A stretch of DNA of 63,830 nt, the filler included, from Nemertoderma westbladi (lineage: Eukaryota > Animalia > Xenacoelomorpha), in NCBI GenBank assembly GCA_032718475.1. It is 3 parts of 3 records of this genome, joined end to end, with 100 filler letters (N's around TTAATTAATTAA, not from the genome) between each part and the next. Parts side by side here need not be neighbours in the genome. Positions count along the whole stretch, not along the records: positions 28,528 to 58,448 come from JAUCBJ010008880.1; 2 more parts are not named here. The stretch is one strand, 5' to 3'. The notes under the pieces are model-generated. The model saw only the letters and a list, made by a program, of their open reading frames with translations. It ran no database searches and was not told the origin of the DNA. The number at the start of each line of letters is the position of its first letter. Positions within the stretch are counted from its first letter, which is position 1. Positions 35,381-48,218 of this stretch are shown here, piece after piece. Made by a program: the position numbers and the translations under genes.

Positions 35381-36899
35381 CAATCTGAGCAGGCTTACAC
35401 ACCTTCTGCTCAATACTGGCCTACAAGTAAATAAAACTGACAGAAATAAGTAAAATCTCAATAAAAAACCAGGGCTGCAGTCCCTGATTAATTATTAAAG
35501 CCTACCGGTATATAATTATCAAATTCGAATAATACTGCTGTACCTGTACTGCTGTAGGTACCGGTCCGGGTGGTTAGGTAGTCAGGCCTACTAGGTACCG
35601 GTTAACCGGTACTTCAGCTTTATTGCCTACTGCAATACAGAAGCTGTATCTGTTATTGTTCTTACCAGAACAATAGTAAACTGTATTTATTGCCTACACT
35701 GCAATCAGAATTATAACTGTTACTGTTCGCGCTTTTAAGACCTTTGGCAGTTTAACCCGCCAAATCTATATGTCTTCTAGGTTATAAATCGACTTTAGCC
35801 TATGACAAGTATTTGACACAAATAAATCCAACATTAGCCGAAGCCAGTCTATGCGCAACCATTCACCCGCTGGATATACCCGGGAGACTGGATTCGGATG
35901 CTTTAATTTGATTGCGGTGCAGGCCTACCGTACTATTCGATTGATCGTTAATATAATTCCTGATAAATATCATTCACTTTCGGGAAATATTAGCAGTTCC
36001 TTTAGGACGTGGCGCTCTATCTATATAAACAGAGCTATGGCTTACACTAAACACAACGGAATGGATTATAAGTTACACATAAGGTGCATTCTTTAGGAGA
36101 TGCTTTGTTACGCGGACAAGCACATACAGACTATTGCACACCGCTGCACACTGAATTGCCAATAGTCACTGATTTTAATCATATATAAAGAGAATAGCAA
36201 CCGACATTTGTAGGGCCTATAAAATAGCATTCAATTCACTACAAACCACGATAATATAAGTCGCAATTGCTATATGTAACCGGTCTCTCTAACCTTAGTG
36301 TATCAAGAAGATCGGGGTTTCTGATCGTTTATCGTTATTCTCCAAATAACAATATGTAAACAACTGATACAATTAATAACAAACAGTAAATAGCAGTAAA
36401 TAATGTGTAATACAGCAGTAGGTACCGTACCGTACCGTACCGTACCGGTCCACTGCGTGCCATGGTAACAGTTATGTGTTCTTATAATTAAAGTCGTTCT
36501 AATGTTGGAATAATTCAGAATAATTCCATAGCCGATGTTCTAGGCTTCTGGAAAAACCAACACACTGAACCCTGTGAGCTGTTGCAGGTAGCTTTCAACA
36601 CAAAGAGGAAAAGCTCTCATTGGCAGAGTTCCATATTCCACAGATTCCACGAATGTCTAAATGCCGAACTATTCGGGTTTTTGCAGCCCTTAGCCAACAC
36701 ACAGGATGAATCACTCTGCTTGGTTGACCTTGCTCTGGTTGGTTGATCGAACAGAACAAAGAGGCCATACGTACAGCAAATCAGCCAATCAGCCGGTAGC
36801 TTGCATCATTTGAGTTAGGGAGTTTTTCTTTAGAGTATTTGAGCGCATTGAGGGAAACTGGATTGCGAAGCAAAAGGGCCAGTTATATCCCACAAAAGC

Positions 36900-37275
36900 T
36901 TTTGCACCTTGGGTCGTTTACTGAGGTTCAACCTTGGGTCGTTTACCGAGGCGCACCTTGATTCGTTTACCAAGGTGCACCTTGGTTCGTCTACCGAGGT
37001 GAACACTGAATCGTTTACCGAGGTGCACATTTGTTCGTCTACCGAGTTGCAGAGTGGGTCGTATACCGAGGTGCCCATTTTTCGTTTTTCTAGGTGAACC
37101 TTGGGTCTTTTACCGAGGCGCACTATCGGTCGTTTACCGAGGTGCGCGGTATGGGTCGTTTACTGAGGTGCGCGGTATGGGTCGTTTACCGAGGTGCGCG
37201 GTATGGGTCGTTTACCGAGGTGCGCGGTATGGGTCGTTTACCGAGGTGAACTATGGTTCGTTCACCGGGGTTCGA
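36900..37275. repeat. 24-26-bp minisatellite gggtcgtttaccgaggtgc...
   Basis: Directly visible, about a dozen or more units. Confidence 0.9.
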
Positions 37276-40200
37276 TGTACCATGGGCTTTGATTTTTACT
37301 CCCAGCGGAATTGTAAATCTTGTATATTTCTATTCTTTACTATTTTTAGTTAAAAGTGGCCAAAATATTTCTATCCCCTGAGGATTATGTGACCAAAACA
37401 CATTAATTCTCGCTTATTTACTGCTGGACTATTCCTCCCTTCCTTACATCTAACCTGCTAACTCAATACAGATTTTTATTTGATGTGAATGTGCAGTAAT
37501 GGTTAGCAGTGTTAGTTCCTGTCAATTCTGCCCAAATAAATAAGAGTGCCCACTAACTGGAGAAATAGTCAAACCTAATTTCCGAATAAAATCTTGCCAC
37601 CAAGGGAACCGGTTGTGTCCATGAACTGTACTCTACAGTACGACCTTCTATCATTGGACTTATTTTCATGTGGCTCCGCTGCAACTTGTAGCCGAGAGTG
37701 GCTGGCTTCCCTGTAAGGCCCGAATGTGATCTTTGTTAGTTACACCTTAAATGGCCTCCAGCTGGGGGGATCCCTGGACTAGAAATATTATCCAATCAGG
37801 ATTCGAGGAATCATGCAAGCATACAAAACCATTATTCCATTATTTATTAAAATGTTAATTATACTTCCAGCTTTCGTTATTTTATTTATAATTGCAAAGC
37901 TATATGCATTGGGTCATGTTATTATGTTCTTAGGATATTAGGATTATGTTATTACCGGTATGATATTAGGACTGTGCAAGGTGCAATCTATGTTTCTGTT
38001 TACTAATATCATCATATTACACTATGACCCGTAATATTTTCTGTTGACACGAAACCCCCTCAAATGTTTCGACATTTCTTTATCATATCTCGTAAAATTT
38101 TAATTTAGAATTGAAACATTTAAATTTGAAACATGAAGCCGGAATTTTCTATTTTTCCTTTAATTTTTTTATAAGCATTTTCAAAAAGTGTCTTCTGCGA
38201 AATAGTACCGTTCGTATCGCCGCCATTCTTCACAGTAGTCATGATATAATTATATCATTAGAAAGTTTGCGTTGCCAGGATTCCAAATATGTAGCAATGT
38301 CTCGAATTTCGTTGAGAGAAAGCTGATGATAGAGGCGTTTGGCTATTACATGATTATTTATTATGTCTCCAACAATGTGGGACTTTCGCCTGTGATTTTT
38401 GTTCCTAAATGATATGACATTATCGGCCTTTACTATTGAGCAATGCCGTAAACAACGCCCCTCCAAATCCCTCGATGAACAATAAAGACCCCAAGTACCA
38501 CGACGTTCTCAAGTCCAGTATCCTTAAGCAGCCGGTGAAGAAACGTTAAGGTAGAGTTATGTATCGGTAAAGAAGTGCTCAGTTATTGTAGAAGACTACC
38601 TCATTGATGGATGGCAAGTCCGAAATTGTACAAAGTCGTAACATTATGGTGCAGTACCATCCGCAAGGAACGGTGTCTTCATCACTACTATTCCAGCAAG
38701 AGAGCGACTACGGACAGCAATAGAGCAGCAGTATACACGCTTTCTTTTGCACAGTAAACTCACACCCAAAAACCCTCGCTTTGCGCGACTGCTGCAACAT
38801 TGATAATTAATACTTTTCTCAATCGCCTGAACCAAAATATTGAAATGTAAATTAAATATTTTCATTTACATTTCACGCAATCTCATTAATATTTGTATAA
38901 TACTGTGGGGCGGGAGATTATCACCACTCCTTTACTTAGGAATTTCAATACTGTAGTTTTGCCTATTTTTTTATTATTACTTTAGTAACTACGAGTTATC
39001 CATTATAGGCCTCCTGTGTTGCAACGTTTAGTTATATATAAAAAATTTGGTTCCTAATTGTCTTCTACATACATTATATGACAAGGTAAGTAAACTATGT
39101 TTTTATGCCTGCTGTTATTATTGTTTGGTCTAATATGTTATTTTGTTGTGATTATTGTCAATATCTGTTTGGCTGGGACACGAGAAAAACAAATTGATTA
39201 ATTCGAAAATTTAAAACTAGACACTTTATTTCGAAAACTAGAAATACATTACAAAACTCTTTTCTTCACGAGAGATGCGAAGGAGGAAGTTAAATTAAAT
39301 AAATTTTATATAAAATTTAACATTAGGGTACCGTACCTGTATTAACAATACTGTTATGTTAGAGCTGGATATTAAATATCGAAGTAGGTATAATGTTTAC
39401 GTTACAGCTCTTGAGTAGGCGGTCAGTTTTCCCCTTTAATATAATTTACTTAGTCTGTATGTCTGTCTGTCTGTCTGTCGGTCGGTCTATCTGACTTGAC
39501 ATCCGACAATCTGTCCGTCAAATATAAGAAAATGTCACCCATGTAGCTAAAAGTTTAGCTGTAGGGGTTTTCCTGGTCGCAGAATTCATGACGAGTGTCA
39601 GTTTTATATTTGATGACTTTTTGTTGGTTTGGAGACATACTGACGGTCAGACCTACAGTAAAACGGACAGACAACCATATCTCTAGAAGTAAGACAGATA
39701 TTGCTAGACTGGTTTAAAATTTTGAATCATGATAAAAATTTGCTCTCGATGAAATCTAAAAATTGAAAAATTATAGTTTACCCCCTCCCCTACCACTTAA
39801 TTAACCCCTTCCATTTACTAATTTTGCGTCCATTTGTTGATTCCCATAAAGTACATAAGCCAGCTATTTCCAAGCATGCCCCCCATCCCCCACACACTAT
39901 TTTCCTATTTATCAATATATGAAATTGTTTCAGTTTCGCCTTTTGCCAATTATTCTTCAATAACATACCGTATGGAGACATATCACAATAATTGGGCTAT
40001 TTTAACTCTTAAATAATTATTTCTTATCCTTCTTTTTATCTGTGATGTGAAATGGCTATTAAAGTGTCGGCTCTCTGTGAACCTCCATTTAGGAGGCGTC
40101 GTAATTCTTTGCAAATATAGCGCGACTCATCCTCATTTACATAACTTCCACTGTATCGTAGAACAACAAGGTGGGGTTGGTAACTAGAGGATTTACTTAC

Positions 40201-40797
40201 TATGTACAATTGCTCACACAATAAACCATCTCTCATTCGTCGCTCTTGCTTCTTGTTATTAAGCACTATGTTTATAGTTCCTTGTGTTAGAGACAAGCAA
40301 GCTCAGGGGCGTTGTTCTTGGAATGTTTTATAAGAGAGAGCCTATATATATAATTACGTCCTTTCCAAAAGCCCCTTTCTCCCGTGTTGTTAATGGGCCT
40401 TGGGAGGGAGATGTTTAACATAAAAACAACGCCTTCTTTTATTTATTCAAAATAATTTATGTTTCCTTGTCACTCTGCGTAATTTTCACGGCGTGTAAAC
40501 ATTGATAAATTAATTATTATCTTGTTTTATAATTATGTATTTCGTTCCAGTTATGTCTGTTTGTTTCACTGTTCTTGTTGTTGTGTTAGATACTTTGTTT
40601 CGCTTTATTTTTGAAGAAAACTCGTTATTGGTTTTATCAATTTTGTGTTTTATTAATCTTATTAGTAAAAAACACCTAAGAGTAGTTAAAATTTCTAAAC
40701 TTTAAAAATAAAAAGATAAAAAAGCCCTTTGACTATCAGTAGGCCCGACAATACAAGGGTTAAATAAAAATATATCATTATATAATGTTATAATAAC

Positions 40798-40950
40798 AGG
40801 CGAGGCAGCCCAGTTGGTTGAGCGCCGGTCCTTCAATCTATATGTTGTAGGTTCAACCCCGCCAGGGTCCACTCAGCCTTTAATCCACTGGGGTCGATAA
40901 AATGAGTACCAGGGGGTTGTCTCCGGGCTACGGACGCTTGTTTGCTTGAT
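40798..40950 (+). mobile_element. tRNA-derived SINE with Nin/Deu-type conserved core
   Basis: A/B-box-like head (cagttggttgagcg; ggttcaaccc) followed by ccactcagcctttaatcc..ggggtcgataaaatgagtaccag; core fragment also at ~57186-57212. Confidence 0.75.
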
Positions 40951-41107
40951 AGAATATAAAGAAAAAATATAATATTAATTAATATTTGTTATAAATGTTT
41001 TCGTAACTAGTTAATTCTGGTTGGGTTTATAAAATTCATCAAATAAATATTTATTAATTTATTAAATTCCTACTTTAATTTATTATATATTCGCTTCATC
41101 ATAAGTC

Positions 41108-41815
41108 ATGAAATTTGAATCTTCCCAACAGCCGGTCGTGGAGCAAAAAGATAAACAATCGGAACCCGCAATGTCGTCCAGCACCGTATCCCTTGGCAAT
41201 GACAGCGGCGTCCAATCACAGAATGGAGGGGTCACATTCGGCCCGGTGGTAGAGTTGAATGTGGGCGGCCAGCTGTACACTACCGCGTTGTCGACCTTAA
41301 CGCGAATCCCGGAATCCCAACTCGCGCTCATGTTCACCGGCAAGAAACCCTCGATCAAAGACAGTCGGGGCCGCTTCTTCATAGACAGGGACGGCCAACT
41401 GTTCCGCTACATCCTCGACTACCTCCGCAACTCGCGGCTGATTCTCCCGGAGAGCTTCACGGAGGGCGAACGACTCAAGTTGGAGGCGGAATACTTCCAG
41501 ATCGCGGGGCTGGTCGGAACCATCGAGAAACAGTTGCGACCGGACCTCGGGTTCACTCCACCCGCGGGCGCCGTGGACGGGACCATCACGGTTGGCTACC
41601 GTGGCACGTTCGCCTACGGGCGCGACGGGCTCGCCGACGTAAAGTTCCGTAAGATAAATCGCATTCTCGTCAGCGGGAAGGTTTACCTCTGTAAGGAGGT
41701 TTTCAAGGATACCCTGAATGACAGTCGGGACCCGGAGCGAGGCCATACAGAGCGGTACACGGCGCGCTACTTCCTCAAACACACTTATCTGGAGCTGGCA
41801 TTCGACATGCTTTAT
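41108..41815 (+). CDS. KCTD16: BTB/POZ KCTD8/12/16-family protein, first coding exon
   Basis: VVELNVGGQLYTTALSTL..FFIDRDGQLFRYILDYLR..EAEYFQI; H1 domain ITVGYRGTFAYGRDGLADVKFRK..RYTARYFLKHTYLELAFDML; GTAAGT donor at 41816; second exon not found. Confidence 0.88.
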
Positions 41816-42555
41816 GTAAGTACCGCTATACATAATAATACATTGAAAGCCCATAATAAATACGTAACATGAATTAACTTTCATAAGTTTTATGTTATAA
41901 TTATTTGGGTAGATTGTTTTTGTGGATTATTAAACTCCTTTCCGTGTCCAGTTTGTGAGGACCGGCCCTGAAATGTGCAGGCGGTCTTTCGGGTGGTAGG
42001 GATTTTTCGACACCTCCTGTGAAGGTTGAAAAGTACTGAGGGTTCCGCTGTATGAGGGTAAATGTGACGAAACATCGCCTTAAATACCCAGCCATTATGC
42101 AAATTCGGATCAGAAAGTGTCTAAATGCTAATTGATCGCAACTCGGCACTGATTGGTCTGAGCTCCTGGTTAGCCATCCAGTTACGTTTCGATCCCTTTG
42201 TATTTGGTGAGAGCTGGGGTAATTAACAGTAAACGACCCCGCGTGTGGCAATCCAAACGTTACCCAACTGGGCAAACATGTTGGATTACTGGATTCAGAT
42301 TACTGGATGCACAACTGGATTATTCTCAGTGTCCTTGTACACACCCTGTGAACACCTGTACAGTACACCATGCTCGAGAACATGGCTTAGTTATTCAATA
42401 GCATAAATAGCCTGCAACGGAAGGAAATACAGTACATGCAATTTTCTAATACCCATAGCCTACCTCAGCTAATTCCCAACATCAATTCACAACAAAATTC
42501 TAATGTATTTACATATTTGGAATCCGTGCCTGTTCAGTTGTATATTGTTACCAAC

Positions 42556-43034
42556 GGAGTCCGTACAATTGCGACCCGGACAATTGCGACCCGGACAATT
42601 GCGACCCGGACAATTGCGACCCGGACAATTGCGACACGGTCAACTGCGACCCATGTTTTTAAATAAAAATTATGGGTCGCAATTGTCCGGGTCGCTAATG
42701 TCCGGGTCGCAATTGTCCGGGTAGCACCCTCGCAATTGTCAATGATATACAATGATATTTATCAATGAAATACATTATATCTTTTTATCTGGATCCGGAC
42801 AATTGCGACCCGGACGATTGCGACCCGGACAATTGCGACCAGGACAATTGCGACCCGGACAATTGCGACCAGGACAATTGCGGCCCGGACAATTGCGACC
42901 AGGACAATTGCGACCCGGACAATTGCGACCCGGTCAATTGCGACCCATCAATTTTTCCTAAAATCATGGGTCGCAATTGTCCGGGTCGCAATTCACCGGG
43001 TCGCAATTGTCCTGGTCGCAATTGTCCTAACATC
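42556..43034. mobile_element. Non-autonomous DNA transposon with 15-bp subterminal repeats (ggacaattgcgaccc) and a 9-bp TSD (Mutator-like)
   Basis: gttaccaac at 42547-42555 and 43035-43043; two direct/inverted repeat blocks inside. Confidence 0.8.
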
Positions 43035-43269
43035 GTTACCAACAAATCACTATGAATTCTAAGAATAATGAATGCGGTGTAACGGTGCAATTTCGAAGAA
43101 GGCACTTTTAACAAAGGCGAAACGCTTGTAGCTAGGTTTGAAAGCAAAAATAAACTTTCTGGCTCACCCACTAATTGGTCGGGAAGTGAAACTATCTCAT
43201 TCAAATTTCATGCAATCTTATTACGATTTGTAGAGCAATTAGAGGGGGGGGGGGGGGCGTGTCACTGAA

Positions 43270-43860
43270 TTACCATAATACAGCATATTCCGGGGCATGG
43301 TGCATTAAGAATGCTGTGCCGGCTTGTTGACAATATTCCGCCGCCACAGCTCCCTTTATTATCCATGGCATTTGCTAGATCATCCACACCTTGAAGGCCG
43401 GTGTCGTTTAAGAGGCGTCTCAAGAATATCATATTCTGTCCATCAAGCTCATTCAGTCCATGACGCTGCCAAAGCATAAGACAGTACACAGGCTGACCCT
43501 CACGTCGAAAGTATTGACCTGCAAAGGGGAGCGGCTCCGTTCGCGTATCAAGCTTGTGGAGTCTCATGAATTCTAATGGAGTCTAATGGAGTCGAATTAT
43601 AAATGAATTCACATAACTTACGGATCCATTATCCTAAAAATCAGAAGTTATCCAAATCCTCAAGCAAGCCATCCCTGGATATTATGCTCATACTATCAGA
43701 CATTTCTTGAGAGCTGTCGAAGTTCATTCTCAAGAAATGTTGGTCTTCTATAGATAATGAAAAAAATAATCTTGAATTTCGTTCCATATTTGTACCGTCC
43801 GATATAGGCCTACAGTAACTACTTCATTCTTAACCCTTTTTTTCGATTTGAAACATCGAA
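43270..43860 (-). mobile_element. Old degenerate RTE-like LINE fragment
   Basis: Minus-strand DGLLEDLDNF*FLG*WI and PFAGQYFRREGQPVYCLMLWQ..RRLLNDTGL..DDLANAMDN resemble the RTE C-terminus seen at 12600-13150. Confidence 0.6.
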
Positions 43861-46129
43861 AGATTGAAATTGTCTGTAAATCAATTCCTTATACAACAGC
43901 ATTCATTAACTTATCTCTATATACAGTATTAGCCCCTGTACGTACAGTACAATGCGCAACGGTAGTTGTACCATTTTTTATTTGGATGTGAGGCGAGCCA
44001 CGACGTGAGCGATGCCTTAGCATATATGGGTAACACTAGCGAGTTGTCTGTCGGCGTCCAATATTTGATTGCTAATAACTCGGTCATTCTTTGATGAAAT
44101 TAAACCAATCTTGGTACGTATGTAGTCCGTCACAGGCCTAGAAAGAATCTGATGTTTAGTGAAAAGTCGGATAATCTTTCAGTCGGTACCGGTAGTTTTA
44201 GACTTTTGATAAAAACCGAAATAAGTCGGCGATCGTATGCAGTCCGTCAAAAGTTTAGAAAAAATCTGAAGTTTGGTCAAAAATGAGACAGTCTGTGATA
44301 TTATATACTGATAATTTATCAACCTAATAGGCAATTTATTCTTACATAATTCCGTCCACTTTCTCCATTCCTTCTTGGAATGCTATATATAGATATACAG
44401 TATATAGCATACCATGATTCCTTACCGAGTTTGAAGTACTGTACCCGGTTAGCGGTTGGATTTGAAGGATCGAAGCATATAAATTGCTTCTCGCTGTGCC
44501 GCCATAATGTAGTCAGAATATATTCTCTGTTTAATTCTCTATTTTCAATTTTTTGATCCCTTACGGGGTCCTAAAAATACGTATTTTTGTAATTGTAATC
44601 ATCATAATGTCCCGATTAACTTGGCTGCATGTTAATAATGGCTGTCAACTTACTGAAAAGTATATTTAAATGTAATTTTCGATTTATTATTTTGTTAATA
44701 AATTGAATTAGTTGAATTGAGCGTTGAATTACATTGCAATCAATAATATTTAATAAAAACGGATATATGTTGAACTTAAATATTACAAGCAGCTTAGGCC
44801 TACAGTTATTAACCAACACACCTACTGTATACCACCAGTTTGCAAATCCTACTCGTAACACTACTCCGAGCATTTGATTAATAACATTTTGTAATAGCGC
44901 AGAAATACTGTATACTGTGTGTTAGTTATTAAACGCTTCATAAACCAAACGAAACAAATAGTATGAGGTTCTTCGGTTCAAGGAATACCAGAATTGAATT
45001 TACTTTATAAACTTTATTAGGATTTTGTTTATCAGCTCGACTCATTCGCAATCTGCCCAGTCGAGCGGGTACCCCTCATGTTGTTATCGCAATACGCGCT
45101 CAATTCTCACTCTCCGTCTTCCACGAACAAAAGATAAAGGATTCAACTATCATATTACTCTATCATCAATCACCCCTTACCTATAATAGCTTTTGGATAC
45201 TACAGTACTGTATGTTGGTTTTTTTTTTCATTAAAATAATTAATTATAATGTCCCAATAATTGGTCGTTAATATGGATAGTGACAGGGACAGCATACACA
45301 TGGTGTCGGACAATGTACAGTAGTAGGCCTATCTATTATTTATATAAGGGGTTTGTGTTTCTCTGAAATATGCAAACTATGTATCAAGTATCAATTCAGC
45401 CATTAATGTATCTATATTCGGCGCTGCGGTAAGGTTATATCTATTACAGCTCAGAACATGAACTAGTTCATGATATTATCCGTATCGTCGGTTAGTTATG
45501 AGAAAAATATAATTATTTCTCAGCGTGAAGTTCATTAATTTCGCTTCAATTCCAGTGCCAGGTGTTAAAAGGTTAACTGATTTCAATGGTTTTATTGAAC
45601 TCGGACTCAATATGTAAATAAATTATCTTATCATAGGCCTACTTATTAAATTTTTTATTTTACATTATCATGCTAACACCACCAAAAAGTGAAAAAAGTG
45701 TATGAATGGGGGGTAACATGAATCACTCACTATGGAGTAACAAGAATGGGGGGGGGGGGGGGGGGGGTGTAACAGCACTACTGGTCATTATCGACAGTCC
45801 ACTGTAATACTGTAAATTGTATTCATTCAATGAATCAGAGCATATTGTACAATTAATTAAATTGTTTTGCAACATCACTCTTGCTCTTCCCTAATTATAT
45901 ATTTTTTTTTGGCTTGTATTATTCAAATAACTAGGTAATAAATAATCCAAAAAAGGGATTCGGATTGATTGCGAATTACCTTTGGGATTTATACAGATTG
46001 ACTCGACTATACGGTATCGTTTGTTATAATATCAAGCGCGAAATAACTCAAAGGTCTGCGTCTACTACCGCATGAACTGTCTCCTTCAATGGCTTACTAC
46101 CAATCTTACAACAAAGAAAAAAAAACAGA

Positions 46130-46200
46130 TAAGGGGATTGAACTCGGTACCTAGAGATTCCAAGTCCCACCCTCTACCAACTTTGCCACTACTGCGCCGT
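46130..46200 (-). mobile_element. tRNA-like SINE head
   Basis: Minus strand: gtggcaaagttggtagag..gagttcaatcccc (A and B boxes). Confidence 0.5.
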
Positions 46201-46961
46201 AAGAAGCCCAACTGACAAAATAAAACCAAAACCCAACTGGAAATTAACAACTTATTACAACAATAACAACAACGGAGTGAATACTAGAGGTCTCCCTACG
46301 GAGACCTAAAAAACGGGAGCCGCGTAGTTGATTAATGGTAGAACAAAGGTACCAGCCTCATTGCATTACCAATAATGGCCAATGGCCCCAGTAAAATCTA
46401 TAAAGTAAAAACTGAACAACCAATGGAAACAACGACAATAATGTTGAGAAAGCTAAAGAAGATCTCATACCGGTTTACAACACCAGCCAGGACAATTAGG
46501 CCTAAATACAAGACTAAATTGGAGCAATTAAAACTGCTCACATTCAGTCATCATGATAGTCAGAACGTGTTGGGAAATTGTAAGATCATCCGAGGCCAAC
46601 AGTCAGGGGGAGGGGGGCTGTCCACATTCCACATTGCTAATGCATTAGTCATCCCGAAGCTGCACATGAATATGAATATGCGACTATGGCGTCTATAAAG
46701 GGTAAAAATATTAATAATAAAAACCTCTATGAAACAATAAAATGTGTCCAAAAAAAATACTGCAGTAATAAATATTTGTTACTGCAGTAACAATTAATAG
46801 TAATAAATAATTGTTACAGCAGTAGTAAATATTTATCACTGCAGTGCCAAACTGTCATTTCATTGGTCGATATAATTCAATGAATCCCCAATCAGAATCC
46901 GCAGTTTAATGGTAGGGCCAACCAATGCCAGTTTTATTGGTTAGGTGGGATAGAATTCTAA

Positions 46962-47354
46962 AGCCCGTGCTCCATTGGCAACACTTGTCATAAGTCGTTT
47001 TCAGATTTTGTCTGAGTCCGTATGTCAAAAGTATAGCTGCCGTGCTCCACTGGTAAGTCATAAGTCTTTTCTTAAAAAAATATAAGATGCCTCTCACATC
47101 GAATGGAACACTTGAACATTTAATTGCTTGCTGCTACCCAAAGTTAACAATTACAGGCCTCTTACCAGAAAGAACCCATGGGTCGTATGTCAAAGATGGA
47201 ACATGGGACATAATCACTTTCGACCCATGGGACGTAACAAACGACTTATGACATACTAGTGGAGACGCTCCCATTGAAACCAATGTGTTCCATAATATAT
47301 TTCGACTTATGACATACGACTTCTGATATATGACTTACCAGTGGAGCACTGGCC
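46962..47354. mobile_element. PIF/Harbinger (Tourist-like) MITE
   Basis: TAA flanks; TIR agcccgtgctccattgg / ccagtggagcactggcc. Confidence 0.7.
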
Positions 47355-47744
47355 TAATGGGGTTCACGACTCAACATCGACTGATTACGTTCACGACTCA
47401 TTAGATGCAATAATATCACATTGCGTTTACAGATGCTAAAATAGCCTAGATATTGGTGTTTTCAGTTTAAAAATTATTCAAAATTTGAAAACGATCAGAG
47501 ATTGGTCGTGACGTCACTATATGCCTCGGAATCCCATTGATATCGACATTCCAATACATAATACTAGCTTTGTGTAAATTAGGCAGTTTGTTAGGCAGGT
47601 ACTGCTACAGTAGTACAGTGCAGCAGTCACCCGTACAAGCACTGCAGCACTGTATACTTTCTTATTTATACGGCAAATTACGGAAGCCCATAACGTTCAC
47701 ATTATCACAAAGAAAAGATAGCATTAACTCTATGGCATCTTAAT

Positions 47745-48218
47745 GTGCCGTAGTAAATGTGCCGTAGTCAACTGCAACATTTAGAATGTGCCGTGGTAAA
47801 TATGCCGTGTTCTACCGCAACATTTAGAATGTGCCTTGGTAAATGTGCCGTGGTCTACCGCAACATTTAGAATGTGCCTTGGTAAATGTGCCGCGGTCTA
47901 CCGCAACATTTAGAATGTGCCGTGGTAAATGTGCCGTATTCAACTGCAACCTTTAGAATGTGCCTTGGTAAATGTGCCGGGGTCTACCGCTACCGCAATA
48001 TTTAGAATGTGCCGTGGTCTACCGCAACATTTAGAATGTGCGTTGGTAAATGTGCTGTGGTCTACCGCAACATTTAGAATGTGCCTTGGTAAATGTGCTG
48101 TGGTCTACCGCAACATTTAGAATGTGCGTTGGTAAATGTGCTGTGGTCTACCGCGACATTTAGAATGTGCCGTGGTAAATGTGTGGTGGTCTACCGAAAC
48201 ATTTAGAATGTGCCGTAG
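47745..48218. repeat. 41-bp minisatellite ggtaaatgtgccgtggtctaccgcaacatttagaatgtgcctt (~11 units)
   Basis: Directly visible. Confidence 0.92.

Noticed and set aside
38200-38830. Coding-like composition, possible decayed gene or transposase
   Set aside because: Stops in all frames examined and no recognisable motif; needs BLASTx
41297-41884. 195-aa minus-strand ORF
   Set aside because: Antisense shadow of the GC3-rich KCTD exon
42436-43204. Pentapeptide-repeat ORFs (QLRPG, DNCDP, TIATR)
   Set aside because: Translations of 15-bp MITE subterminal repeats
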